In this document: piece by piece, positions 27,181 to 39,733 of the stretch
How positions within the stretch are numbered: position 1 is the stretch's first letter
How the letters are laid out: each line of letters begins with the position of its first letter
Source: Vicugna vicugna
Taxonomy: Eukaryota
Reading direction: 5' to 3'
Length of the DNA stretch: 64,000 bases
Assembly: GCA_013265495.1 (NCBI GenBank)
Contig: MU058463.1
Coordinates: forward strand, 3,703,037-3,767,036
Made by a program: the position numbers and the translations under genes
Notes under the pieces: generated by a model
Seen by the model: only the letters and a program-made list of their open reading frames with translations
Told to the model about the DNA's origin: nothing
The model's database searches: none

Positions 27181-28885
27181 CTGTTAAGAAAAAGACATCA
27201 GTTATAAACATAGTGTTTGAAAGGTTTGATCCCACCCACATGTCTACCAGGAGAAGCTGAAAGTAAACTGGTAGTTAAAAAGGCAATAGGATGACTTCCC
27301 TACAAGGTCTTGGAAATAAAATGAATACTATTTATGTCCTGCCCGGGGAAAGAATTGTCTATATTCCAGGCTATCTGCCTCCCCAAGTAAACCTCTCTAA
27401 CCATCTCCTTTGAAACTAAACAATGTAGACATTTCTTTAAAAAGAAGTCTAAAGGAAATCTTGAAAATAATAACATTTGTTGAATCTAGATGGTAGGTTC
27501 AAGGGTGTTTATCATCAACATACCTCTCTCTATTTTTCTGCATTTCTGAAGCAGTTCATAATAAAAGTAAAAACAATCCTATGCTCTACTCAGCATATAT
27601 TTTTTTAATTGTATGATAGGAAACTATGACAAGTAAGAAAACTGAAAATATAAATGAATAACACAGCAAAGCTAACCTAAGTTTTGTATAGATGCATATG
27701 TATATATTCAAATACATGTATATCCATCCAATTAGAAAGACATCTTCACATTACCAGGATGTAATTTTAATTGGTGGAGAAAGCTGAGAGTTGTGCCGAA
27801 AAGACTAAGATATGGATCAAAAATGAAGATGTGCCGAGGAGAGTGACACAGCCTAGAGAAGGAAAGTCTGGGATAAGGACAGGAGAGTCCTTTACATTTT
27901 TGAAGCTCTATTCTCTGAGGCATCACAGGACTGAACTAAGATGTGATGGGAGTAAATCAAAGCCGATCTCAGTTCAATGTAAGTCATAGAAGCAATCCCG
28001 AGAGCCAGTCAGAGGCATATCACAGAAGCAGGAGTCATATTGCTGGCTTCTGAATTACACTTAACCTGCCAGAGGAAAGATTCTTGCACTGGGTAGGAGA
28101 CTGAACTGACTGACTTTAAATTTTCCTTCCAACCTTTCCTAACAGACAAAGGACCATGGGTATGTGAAATGTGGGTCTAAGAGAAAGGTGATCACATTTT
28201 CTGAAACTCTGTAAATACAACCAAAATTCTGACTGCAGGAGACAATAGATAGAATCAGCTACTGCTCTCCAGGAGGATGACAGCAGCACTGTGACCGTCA
28301 GCCAGTCCACCAACAGTCACTGAGCACCTCCTATCCTCTACCAGGCATAGACAGACCCAGGTAAGGAGAGTAAGGAAATTTCAAAAGCACTGAGGATCGT
28401 GGATGCTTGCTCCCCATTTGCATCATGATCCATGGGCATTGTGCTCTGTTCAACATGCAAAAATCACTTCCACCATCACATTTTTTGTCACATAAGGATA
28501 TTCTGTCCCCAGAGTTCTAGTTACTCCTCCGTGCCTGCTAGATAAACGGAACTTACCACAGGCTAAAGCGGGAGCCCATGCAGGGAGAATTGGAGGAAGA
28601 AGAAAAAACACACAGACATAGATTGACACCTTGAGACAGGGCCTTTGACTCCGTGCTTGGAAATGGCCCAATCTGCAGAGCAGAGGAGGAGGCAACCACG
28701 CAGGCAGGTTTCAAGCCTAGTGACATTTGGCCACACTGCCGTTGTTACGCAGGGTAAGGCACTTCCTGTCAGAGGACTCTGTTAAAATGTGTCACCTGAA
28801 GTAGCTTGCCCTTTAATATCTGGGCTCTATCATCAAAACATTACCTACCTACTTATTCAAGATCCTAAGATGGCATATTTGAAAA

Positions 28886-29280
28886 AGAGATCGGATTTGT
28901 GGTTACCAGAGGCAGGGGGGTGGAAGTGATTGGAGGAAGGTGGTCAAATGGTATAAACTTCCAGTTACAAGGTAAGTAAGTTCTAGGGATGTCATGTACA
29001 ACGTGATGATCACAGTTAACACTGCTGTGTGACATGTAGGAAAGCTGTTCAGAGAGTAGATCCTGAGAGTTCTCACCAAAAGGAGAGGTTTTTTTTTCTC
29101 TTTTTATTGAGATTAGGGATGTTATATGAGATGATGGATATTAATATGAGATGATGGATGTTAATTAAACCTATTGTGGTGATCACTTCATAATGCATGT
29201 GAATCAAAGTATTACGCTGTGCACCTTAAATTTATTTGGTGATGTATGTCAATTATTTCTCAATAAAATTGGGGAAAAAA
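28886..29280 (+). mobile_element. LINE-1 3' end (L1MA-type) with 19-bp target-site duplication
   Basis: Typical L1 3'UTR (gtggttaccagaggcagggg...aattatttctcaataaaa); AAGATGGCAT(A/G)TTTGAAAA repeated at 28867 and 29279. Confidence 0.88.
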
Positions 29281-29508
29281 GATGGCATGTTTGAAAAGGA
29301 GATTAAAGGGGAAAAGGTCTGAGGTTTGAGGACAGCAGAAGCCAGCGGGCACTGGATTCCTGGGAAGGAGAGAAGGGAACTGGAAGAAGGGCAGAGCGAC
29401 TTCTGAAAGCTGCTTGGGGGCCCTGGTGGATGATTTGGTTTAGAAATTAATAAAAAATAATCCTTTACATAATGTCAGCAAGAGAGAGTCCCAATCAGCC
29501 CATCATAC

Positions 29509-29589
29509 CTCTTTTTCTTTACAGGAGTCGTAGCAGCGGTGGGAGCTGGGGTGTTGGTGGCATTTGCGCTGAACAAACCTCCAGGCTGC
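29509..29589 (-). CDS. SCEL: Sciellin exon 8: TQPGGLFSANATNTPAPTAATTPVKKK
   Basis: 81 nt, aacag|...|gtatga, phase 2-2; QPGG...ATTPVKKKR is conserved. Confidence 0.94.
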
Positions 29590-30413
29590 CTGTTTCATCA
29601 CAAGAACAAAAAATGATCACATTCCTGAAACTTCTTCTCTAAGAGGTCTTATAATCCAGTCACATTCCCACCTGCTCTGAATCCATCCCAAAATGTTTCA
29701 CGTGAGGATGAAAGAGCAACAATAGAAAAAGTGCTTCCTGACTTTACCCGTTTTCCAAATTGCCAGGCTCTCATCTAAATAACTAAAACTGAAGGAACTG
29801 AATGAAGAAGTCATTCACTATGTGACATGAATTGTGTGTCTGAAACCCAGAATGATCCATGCCAATGTGCTGTGGGTTCTTTCATATACTTTTTGACCTG
29901 TATATGTTGTGACTAACAGAATCATATTGCAACGTTTGCATTAAAAGCACTAACTTATTTAAGGAAACATTTAAAAACCACACCATTTTAAATCTCTATT
30001 TAGTATTTATTAATATATGCAGACCCTCAAAACATTGGAAGTATACCCAGACCCTTTTCAACTACTGAGAGGTGCGGTCCAGTGTGAAAAGTACTTTATT
30101 TGTAGATACAAATTTAAAAACCAACTAAGTTTTTAAAAACCTACCTAATTTGGCTGTTTATAACTGCTAGTAGTACATTCCAGGGGAAAAATATATTTCA
30201 TCTACATAGATCACTAGCAACGTTATAATTTTATAACTCAGTGAGTTGCAGAAGTGATGAGCGTTTTTGAAGGCAAGTGAAATGTATGACAAGAGGAGTT
30301 GCCACCAGAGTAGGGAAAATTTTTTAAAATTCTGTAGGCAAAAAAGTTAAAAATCTAGATTTTTTGAAAAGAAAAGAAAAAAAGAATGACTTAAGATTTG
30401 GTGTTTGGTTAGA

Positions 30414-30570
30414 GCAGAAGTCATCAAACTTTCTGTATTAAAGTCCAGAGAGAAACATATTTGAAGTTTTGCAGATCATTTCAGTATTTCTACTACTCAA
30501 AGTTGCTGAAGCTATGGGGGCATGGCTGTATTACAATAAAACTTTGGCCTGAGGGCAGTATATACCCTGA
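30414..30570. mobile_element. MER58-type hAT element
   Basis: caaactttctgta...aaagtccaga...gggcatggctgtattacaataaaacttt. Confidence 0.6.
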
Positions 30571-30640
30571 TTTTTCTTGGACTCATAGGAAGAAATACAC
30601 TTTGTCCTTAAAATGTAAGGTCAGTTAGAAAAGTACATAC

Positions 30641-30679
30641 GTCTTTGTCGCTTCCGGTGATCGAAACGTGGACCCATTT
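30641..30679 (-). CDS. SCEL: Sciellin exon 7: RNGSTFRSPEATK
   Basis: 39 nt, strong polypyrimidine tract ccttctcttttccttaccag and donor gtatgt; aligns to the recalled RSMSMFRSLEVTK. Confidence 0.9.
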
Positions 30680-31285
30680 CTGGTAAGGAAAAGAGAAGGC
30701 AAAGTTTGATCAGCAACAAAGAATGAATTCTTGCATCAATTTGCAACTGTCCATGGATTTAGAGTCATTATTATTATCATAAGTTAGACATTATTTGTGA
30801 GAAAGAAAAAAGAAAGCATTAGGATTTGAATAAATTTGAAAAGTTGATTTCATGATTTTTTTACCTTTTGTGTACTAGATCCCAAAAGAATTCTTTTTTT
30901 TTTTAAGAAAATTCATTATCCTTTAAGACCAGTGTTTTTATTTGCTGGGTTCAGTAATTTTCTTTAAAAATAGGAATGCAAAATTGGCATTTACATGTAC
31001 CTCATAATCTTGCCACCAGGATAATTTAAACAGAAACATAAATGTGGTGAGAATGGTGGCGTGAAGCAATGAACTCTCTTGATTTTGAAGCCAAAAATAA
31101 GATATTGTCTTTCTCTAACCATAAGCAGGAGTCAAGATTTTTACATCAGAACATTTGTGGTTAAAAAAAAAAGTTTAAGAATTTACAGAAAGATATTAAG
31201 TAGGATTGAAGAATGGTAAGTAAATAAGTCATGCTTAGCAAAATATCGTACTTGAATCTTTCCCAAAGTTAGCAGATACTAGTAC

Positions 31286-31354
31286 CTGTTGGTTAGTCGG
31301 TTATCCAAGGTATTGGCTTTATATGTCTTAGCAGCATCATTTCTGTCTGAAATT
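31286..31354 (-). CDS. SCEL: Sciellin exon 6: RISDRNDAAKTYKANTLDNRLTN
   Basis: 69 nt, taaag|...|gtacta, phase 2-2; near-identical to the recalled human peptide. Confidence 0.96.
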
Positions 31355-31730
31355 CTTTATGAAGAAGTAAGACAAAAGTCTGGATTAACATTTAGATTGT
31401 TAAACTCCTTTCAGACCTCTTTCATGCTAGAATCACTTCACAACATGACCTTTCTCTAGTAAAGACAATTCTTTTTCAGATGTTACATTTTAGAAAATTT
31501 TACAATTAGAAAAAAGCACTTATGACAAAATCTATGTATAAGGCTATCTTGATACCATTTGTAACTTCTAAAGTTTATGCTTTTCAACTAGACTTTCTGA
31601 CTCACTGAGCATTTAACTTCTTATCTATATCATATTCAGTATTGTTTAGTAATATATCTAGCCAATGACAGAAATTTCTATGTCAGTAAAAGGCATCAAT
31701 GGAAAACTTAAGCAATTTTTTAAAATGTTT

Positions 31731-32270
31731 TGTGGCACAGACAATGCTATGTGTCTGCTAAACTCATTTTCCTTCTGAGCACTCAGAGGCACCACATTTC
31801 CCAATCTTCCCTGCAATTAAGTTGGGACCATGTGATTGAGTTCTAGACTAAAGAATGCAAGAAAAAATATTATTATTATTATTATTATTTTTGGTGGAGG
31901 TAGGTAATTAGGTTTACTTATTTATTCTTAGAGGAAGTTCTGGGGATGCGAACCCAGGACCTCATGCATGCTAAGCATGCACTCTACCACTTGAGCTATA
32001 CCCTTTCCCCCGAAAAAATATTATTTTGTACTTCCAAACCCATCATAAAACCTCTTGTGTGATCCTCCACGCTCTTTCTTCCCCTAGCCCCATGGCTTTG
32101 GTACCCATAGTGGTTGAAGATGGCATCATTCAAACATAGAAAGAACATAGGACCCTGAGTCACTTCATGGAGCAGAGACATCCTCTATTCTTCCAGCTAG
32201 CCACGCTGGACTCTGATGAGGGCAAGCAGTAATCTTCTGTTGTGCTAAACCACAGAGATGTGGGGGCATT
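31731..32270 (+). mobile_element. Old MaLR (MLT1-type) LTR interrupted by the SINE
   Basis: MLT1-like motifs cacatttcccaatcttccctgc...gaccatgtgattgagttct and cttctgttgtgctaaaccacagagat lie on both sides of the SINE. Confidence 0.6.
31875..32011 (-). mobile_element. tRNA-derived SINE (camelid Vic-1-like) with 14-bp target-site duplication
   Basis: Reverse complement of the same head as the 23879 copy, (TAA)n tail, TSD GAAAAAATATTATT at 31861-31874 and 32012-32025. Confidence 0.9.
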
Positions 32271-34514
32271 AGAGGGAACTTGTTCCAAGGGTTACTCTAC
32301 CCTGGAGAATTTGTTTGCTTTGACTAACACATTGAGTTAACAGGCCTTAAGGGCTGTCAGAGGTTTTAATCTCTCTAATCTCAGGTCTCCTCAAGAAGAG
32401 TAAGTCTGGAAAAGGTGTGTTTGCCCGTCATTTGGGTCATAAGACAAACTAAGAATCCTGTAGTCTGCTTGGCAATGCTGGGATTTCACGATGGCAACCC
32501 CTGTTCCTTCTCTTCTTTCCAGGAAGAACATGCCAGATAGGAAAGATCTTCCTGAGACACAGGGCTGTCTTCTGGAGTATTCCGCAGGCTTGCACAAAAC
32601 GAGGATGTGGCAAAATTAGTCTTAGAAAAACAAAAGGTCAGCAAGATTCTTCTGTTGATCCCATACTATGGGTCTACTATAACTTTCTCTAAATGTTCCC
32701 TTTTAACATCAGTTTTAGTGCAGGGCTTAATATAAACTGTTCCTGGGAAGATGGACACTAACTTGGCCTTGCTCTAAAAAAAAAATCATCTGGAAAAAAT
32801 ATGACTTAACTGTCAGAAGTTTAAAACAACTTCAATTCCTAGACTTTGACACATGTAACTAAAACACTGGGAAAATAACTCTAATACATTAAAATTCTGA
32901 GTCAACCCAAAGAGTTTCTGTTTATGGTACGCAATGCCACAAACTGATAACTCTTGAATGCAAAGAGGAAGGAAGGTTGGAATCCCCCAGAGCTTCATAT
33001 TCTCAATAGACTGTTTGCAATACAGGTATTAACCTGTACAGAATTCCAGAATCCATGTTTTGAAAACTCATGAGGATCACTCCGGTGATCATTAGGCCAA
33101 AGACTAAATATATCGCCTACATTAATTGCTACTGAGCCTCTGATGTGTTTACATTTAAAGGGCTCTGCAGTAAACCACTATGAATACCATAAACATTAGG
33201 TAATCCTAAATCTTAAGTGTTCCTTGGAAGCTACCCAGAGTTTATAGCTGTTTATGAGATCCTCATATAAGATAAAAATAATCTTGGAAGATTGCTACTT
33301 TGGTACACTGAAGATAACAATCTGTCTAAAGCAAACAGAACCTTAATTTCAAACATTCTCAAGGTTTAACTAAAAGAGGGTTCTGATGTTAAAATTAAAC
33401 GAAGTTTATCAGAATCCTACAGTGTAAATCTATGTGAGCAATATTGCATGTAATAATAAAAATAACTACCTACAGCTTTGCCCCTCATCTCCTCTACTAT
33501 TCATAATGTCCCTACAAGGTAGGCATAATTATTTTCACTTTGTAGATGAAGAAATGGAGTCTCAGAGAAGGTAGGCGGCTTTCTCTTGCCCACACAGCCG
33601 GGAAGTAGTCTATCTGCAACGTCTTTCCCATGTGGTAGCCTGATTCTGCAGTGTAATTGTTCCAACATGCACAGTCCACATGCTTTCCTTCAGTTATTAT
33701 TTTTCACCTCCACTAGGTGGAGGCACCTCTTCCATGCCACTAGGGGGATCAGTCTATACAGAATAATAGAGGGGACTCTAAACCATCATTCCAATGTACA
33801 TGCCAATTTATTATTACTTAGGGAGACTAACTTTGCATTTCTCTTAGAAACTAAGTTTCTGCCAACTTGTGATATGAAATAGGTTGTTTTAATAGGAGTC
33901 GGTCTTGGAGACAGGAAATCCCTAAACAGTATAATTAGCAAAATGCTCAAAAGGAAAAGTTACACTTCCACAATGGAACACTAGAGGTCTCCCTAACCTA
34001 GGTTTTCCAAACAAGGCATGAGATCATCTTCAGGATTTGGGCCATACTGCATGCTATGCACACCATTATTCACTTATGTTTCTTTAGAACACTTCATATT
34101 TTTTACCAACAGATGTACAGTTTAAAAAGGAACTCTTCAAATGTAAACTCAGTACTTCTCTCATATTCATTTATTGCATGATTATTACTGAAATGGCACA
34201 CACACTCCCACATCTCATATATTTGATCATCTTTCTGCTAAAGTTATTTCATATCTGGCACTTGGAGTGGCCTGCACACTGGAAGTCTGACTCCTGGTAC
34301 CAGGACGTGACTTTCTGTACTGACTCCTGTGTTCTCTCCCTCACGTCTGTTTCCACACTTGGATGTAGCTCACTGTTGGGAGACAGACAGGACTGCATGG
34401 AGAATGAGCTGACTGGAAGACTTCTTCCAAACTTGCCACTAAATCTCTGTGTAAATAAAGCAGGAAAGCTCTGCCCTCATTTTCAGTGTATAAAATAAAG
34501 AGTTTGGGCAAGGT

Positions 34515-34695
34515 TGGTGGTTCTGAATTCTGGCTGTGTATCAGAATCACTTCATCAGCGTTAAGATACCTGCATCCCACCTCAGACTAATTAAGTCAGA
34601 ATTTGAGGGATGAGAGGTAGTGGGACCAAGTTACCAGTAAAGTTGAAAAGTTTTCTTGGTGATTCTAATTTGCAGCTGAGGCTGAGAATGACTCA
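34515..34695. mobile_element. MER5-type hAT element
   Basis: tggctgtgtatcagaatcac...ggtgattctaatttgcagc...gctgagaa. Confidence 0.7.
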
Positions 34696-35986
34696 ACTGG
34701 CTTGCCTGTGAGGTCTGGTCTAGTCCATTGCTAATGTTCCAAGGCTTTATCTTGACTGTCTTAATATAAACTTTCAGACATACAGCCTACAAAGGTTTAG
34801 ATCTCCCGCATATTCACTTTGTTTTGAGACATAATTATCTCACTTGCAAATTCATTCCTAGAAGTAAGTTTTCCTTCTTCAATGAACAGAGCAATAGGAC
34901 AGCCTGCAAGGCCGAGATGAACAGACAGGGGTCCTGGGACTCCTGTCTCCACTCTGAGATGAGATCCTGCATATATACTTTTACAGACTGATTTTTGTCA
35001 AGGCTGTTAATTACAAGAGAGAAGTCAACTCCTTAGGGGTACCGGTGCTGACTGCCCACTATTAGGAAGATTGACTTGAAAACCTACGAAGTGTGCAGAA
35101 GTACATGCATGTGCTGTATTAATTAATACTGGCATGGTCTGAATATCTGTTAGGTACTATAAGATTCAGCATATGTGCTTAAAGTGCGGCAGGTGGCATT
35201 TTTGTCTACATGAGAAGCACAGCTTTAGCTACAGGGAGAGGCTTCAACTCTCAATGGCCTCAGGTGTTCACTGTGTCTAGATGTCAAAGATGTTAACCTG
35301 GCTCTTTACTTACGCTTACTAAGCACCTCTACCAAATAGAAAACTAGAATGTGACTTATAGCATTTACACTACGACCTAAATAGACACTTCTCAGTTTTC
35401 TGAATACGGATGGGCCCTTTCCCTCCATGTAACAGTGAGCCAACAACAGGCACAACACAATGGACTCATTCTACAGCCGTATGGTGACCCCACTGCTGAA
35501 AGAACAGTTTCACTTTCTAAAGTAAAGAGCTCATGTCTTTATCCTAGAGTGGATCAAAACTATTGTATTATTAACACAGACAGTCTCTCCATAAGTCAGT
35601 TACACAGAAACTGCTGTTTCTCTGCCTTGGGGTTAGAAAGACCAAAGTTAGAACAAGAACTGGCTACTTGTAAGAAAAACCATATTCTCTATTTCAAATT
35701 GAACATGTCCACGTAGTACCCACCCCACTTATACTCAAGCCAGTTTCTTCAGAATTTTTACTATTAATCAACCATTAGCAGGATTTTAGGAAAATAGCAT
35801 ATCGAGTCAAGATTTTGTGAGTTTTAAAAAAGAAGGTAATTCAATCTTTATAGCCCCTCTGTCCCTGGGGATAAAATAACATGATTCAAAGCTTACTTTG
35901 GTAAACATTTAGATACCTCTTCCTTTATAAAACATGGGATTTAACATATGTTACACATTCCACTTACGTGATTCAAAACACCTCAC

Positions 35987-36055
35987 CTGTCCAAAGTGTC
36001 ATCAGATCTGTACCGACTGATTGTGGCTTTTGGCTCATCTCTCTCATTTGTGTTC
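35987..36055 (-). CDS. SCEL: Sciellin exon 5: RNTNERDEPKATISRYRSDDTLD
   Basis: 69 nt, tacag|...|gtgagg, phase 2-2; matches the recalled human PKATISRYSSDDTLD. Confidence 0.96.
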
Positions 36056-39000
36056 CTGTAGCAAAAAATAATCATAGAAATACCAAATAAACTACAAAAA
36101 ATAGTTTATAAATATAAATAGTTTGTAAATAGTTTGTAAAATTTTTGCCTATTCATGTAGAAGATGTACATGTTACCAAGACAGAACTGGAGTACTGAAG
36201 TCTTCCCAGGCTTTGGCTTGGATAGATAAATTATGGCAAACCCAATTCCCCATGCTAATAAGACTTCTTCTCTAGGTCCAGTTATTTCTAACTATAGTAA
36301 CACATTCAAATGGGGATAAGGATATGGAAAACAAAAACCGCACCATACAAAATGGTTAATAAGTAATATGCACTCTTGTCAATGATGGCGACTTTTATGT
36401 AATAGAAACTCAATCCTTTATAATCTCTGTTCTGTTTGCAGAGTTTCAGCAGCACCATAAGCCAGCACAACAGCTACATACAAACTGCTTTGTTAAGAGT
36501 TCAGCACCGTGGACAGGGTTGGAGGAAGAGACCTTGCTGGCAGCAGAGAGGGAGTAAGAAGAAAGGAAAAGAGAAACAGGAGACGCTGGAAAGAAATGAA
36601 AAGAAGAAAGTGGGAGAATAGAGAAAGGATGGATGGGAAGGAGAGGAGAAGAGAGGGGAGAAAAGGAGAAGCAGAGAGAGGAGAGACGGGCAGAGTTGAG
36701 GCAGACAGATAAGCAGAAAAAAGGTGGGGCGTGGGGAGAAGAGAACAAAATAAGGGAAGAGGATGGAGGGCTCAATAGTAGGAATCATGATCTTCAAAGC
36801 AGTGGGGATATCTTGATCAGACTGATCAATCAGCAAAAAAAAAAAAGACTATTTAATGCCTTATATAACCCTGTGATACAGGGTAAGCAAGCTCTTTGGA
36901 GAATTATACCTTGATTTACTGTATTATTTGCATTTCAAAGCATCATTTGAAGTTGACAGATCAAAGATATTGAATCAGAAAAAGTACCAAAACAGCATAC
37001 TATTCAAGATGTAATTTTTAACTTGATGTAGTATATTTTTATTAAGCAAGTATTTGGAGGTAAACAAAATACAATGTCCTGTGCTGATGACTGTGAGGAA
37101 ATCAAGAATGAATCAACTATGGACCCTACACACAGAGCTAGAGGGACAAATCAGACATGTAAATCCAAGGGGAGAAAGCAGTCAGGGCCATAATCGAGGT
37201 TCAGGTCAAGTGCAAGGAAGCTCAAAGGTGAGAAAGCTTGTTTGTAGACGTGGAATCAGAGAAAGCTCTCTGGATGAGGTGCAAGTTGAGCTGGGTCTTA
37301 GTGATAAACAGACGTGAACAATTTTAAACAGAGGCAGAGAGAACAGTGTCAGAGTTAAGGCAAGAAAAAGGTTAAAAATATATATATATATATGCCTAAT
37401 GCAATTCCCCACGCTTTTAAGAAAACTCAGAGTGAAATCATGGTGTGGCTCACCAGCATGTGCAATGCATGAGTGCAAATAGGTGCTGCAGGGCCATCTG
37501 ACCCCCTTCCATAAAACAGCCTCTTCACAGACACTATCACTTTATGTCTTATTAGGGGCTTTATTCTTTCAGGCACTTATCACCACAGGACGTATTATAT
37601 TGTGTTTATTTATTTTCAGTCTCTCCTTTTAACTAGGAAGCAAGTTCTATGAAAGCAGGGATTTTGTTTTGTTCCCAGACTTGGGAATCGTGTCTAGCTC
37701 GCCAAAGGCATCTCCACAGGTACTATTTGTGCTTTCAGCCTCATTCGATGTGTTTTAATGATCTGGCGGAGGAAGGACACAGTAAACTGTCCTGGTTTGT
37801 GCACACTATGAAGATTGTTTTCTAGGGTGATGAGAATATATTGTTTTCCCTTTCCTTTATTTTCAGTCTCTGTGCATGTGGAACTCTGACATATTATCTC
37901 TTCTGCTGGAAGTGCTTCTTTCCCCACCCCACGCTCACCAGCCACCCTTTCCTACTTGGAAACCCACCCCTCTCCATCCTTCACACAGTAGCACCAACAC
38001 CAATGACTACTTCATTGGTGAGTCTCCTGATGATTCAGGTCGAGCTCATCACTTTCTCTCATCTCCATGGCGCTCACACACACTTCTACAACCACTTTTG
38101 ACAGTGAATTTTAGTGTTTGTGCTTATGGTTCCATCTTTTCCCATGGATGTAAGAGCTCCTGAAGGTCACAGATGGTGCCTTATGCATCTTTGCATCCCC
38201 AGCACCTGGCACAATGCCAGCACCCAGCAGGCGCTCCAAAGTGGTGCTGGGTGAACACCAAAGCAGACACAGCCTCTGCAAATGGGCAGAAAAGTGTCAC
38301 GTGGGCATCCACTTGAGCAAATGCAAGGGGAAAAATAACCCACACTACCTTTTAGGAATATGTACTTTGAGACACTAGTTGTGGGTCAAGAGGAAAATGA
38401 CTCAGGCTTAACAGATTTTTGTGACTGAAGATAAAAGCTCAGTGTGTTGCTTTAGCTAAAATGCTGTCCACTAACAGGAAGGGTTCAAGTAACCAACACA
38501 GTTTAAAATATAAAATAAGCATAGAAGGGAATTAAGATTTCATTCTTAAACACTTTAACACACTAAGAACATGAAGTTTAGTCACTTCAAAACAAGTACA
38601 TTTGTTCTCTAATAGTTCCAGAGAAAGGCAAATAAAGTGGAGGGAGCTTTTCACATTGATGCCTGGACTCAAATGATCAGGTTCCTTTTGTTTGTTGAGA
38701 TGAGGGCCAACGGAGAACAAGGCTGTAATCTTAAAAATCATGAAGACCAAGGAGAAGGCACAGGGGGAGTCTGTTGAATTACTGTCAAGTCACAGAACAG
38801 GCAACTGGATGAACTAAGACTGGGAACCAAAAAAACAATCAGATACTTTGTGTAGAGAGGGGTAAACTCAGGACCCCTGGAACAGGTCAAAATTATGAAT
38901 GGTTTTTAAATGGCTTAGAAAAATTCACAGATAAAAATTTTCAGAACAGACATATTCAAGGTGTCTATTTACTGTTTTGAGGTCCCCACCACGAAGCATA

Positions 39001-39673
39001 ATCACAGTCCCTTACTAAGTGCCTGTTGGTGACAGACACGGGCTACTGGACCAGATAAAACTTATGTCTGATAAATAATTAGGTTCTTCTGATGGGTGTG
39101 GTGGTTTGTATCTGTGTGAGTGCAAATGTGTTTTAGTAAGAATATTATCTATTTATCTGATCAGCCTTAGATTATTTACATCGTTGCGGTTACTAGTTTT
39201 GTTTGAATTTCCCTGCTAATTCGCATTTGTCAAACTATTTGCCACTGAGTATCATTTAGTAGTTTTCCACAAGCCCAGGAGTTTCTAAAAAGTAATGTAC
39301 TTTGCCATAAAGCAAGGGAACTCAGCTGTTATTTCTGTCAAGCAAGGGTCATTGTCTCTAAGGTTCAGAGACAGCCCATCGTGTTTCTATGGGAGTCCTT
39401 TCCCCATCCTGTCAGGAGGGCCATTTCGGTGGAGTGGGCAGAGGAGGTTAGTCTCCACGTTCAGTCTGTAGTTGTGGAAGCACAAGGTTGAAGAAGCACA
39501 GGTTTCTCTGTGGAAACCCCTTGGTGAGATCACAGATCCTCCTTCACGTGCCCAGAGCATCTGGGAAAGCCTGAGGCTAACCACAAATACTCAGCCTGTC
39601 TTGAACAAGTCTCCTTTCAAAAAAGACCGCCTTTGTGTTTCTGCTAATGATGTAACTTGTCTGAAACACCCAC

Positions 39674-39733
39674 CTGTCCAAGGCATCGTGGGAGTTATGT
39701 CGCTGGAGCACCGCCCTACCATAATTTTCTTCT
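39674..39733 (-). CDS. SCEL: Sciellin exon 4: REENYGRAVLQRHNSHDALD
   Basis: 60 nt, tgcag|...|gtgggt, phase 2-2; the peptide is also visible in supplied ORF 39577..39762. Confidence 0.96.

Noticed and set aside
36436..36914. Cluster of overlapping ORFs
   Set aside because: Purine-rich low-complexity tract that lacks stops for compositional reasons.
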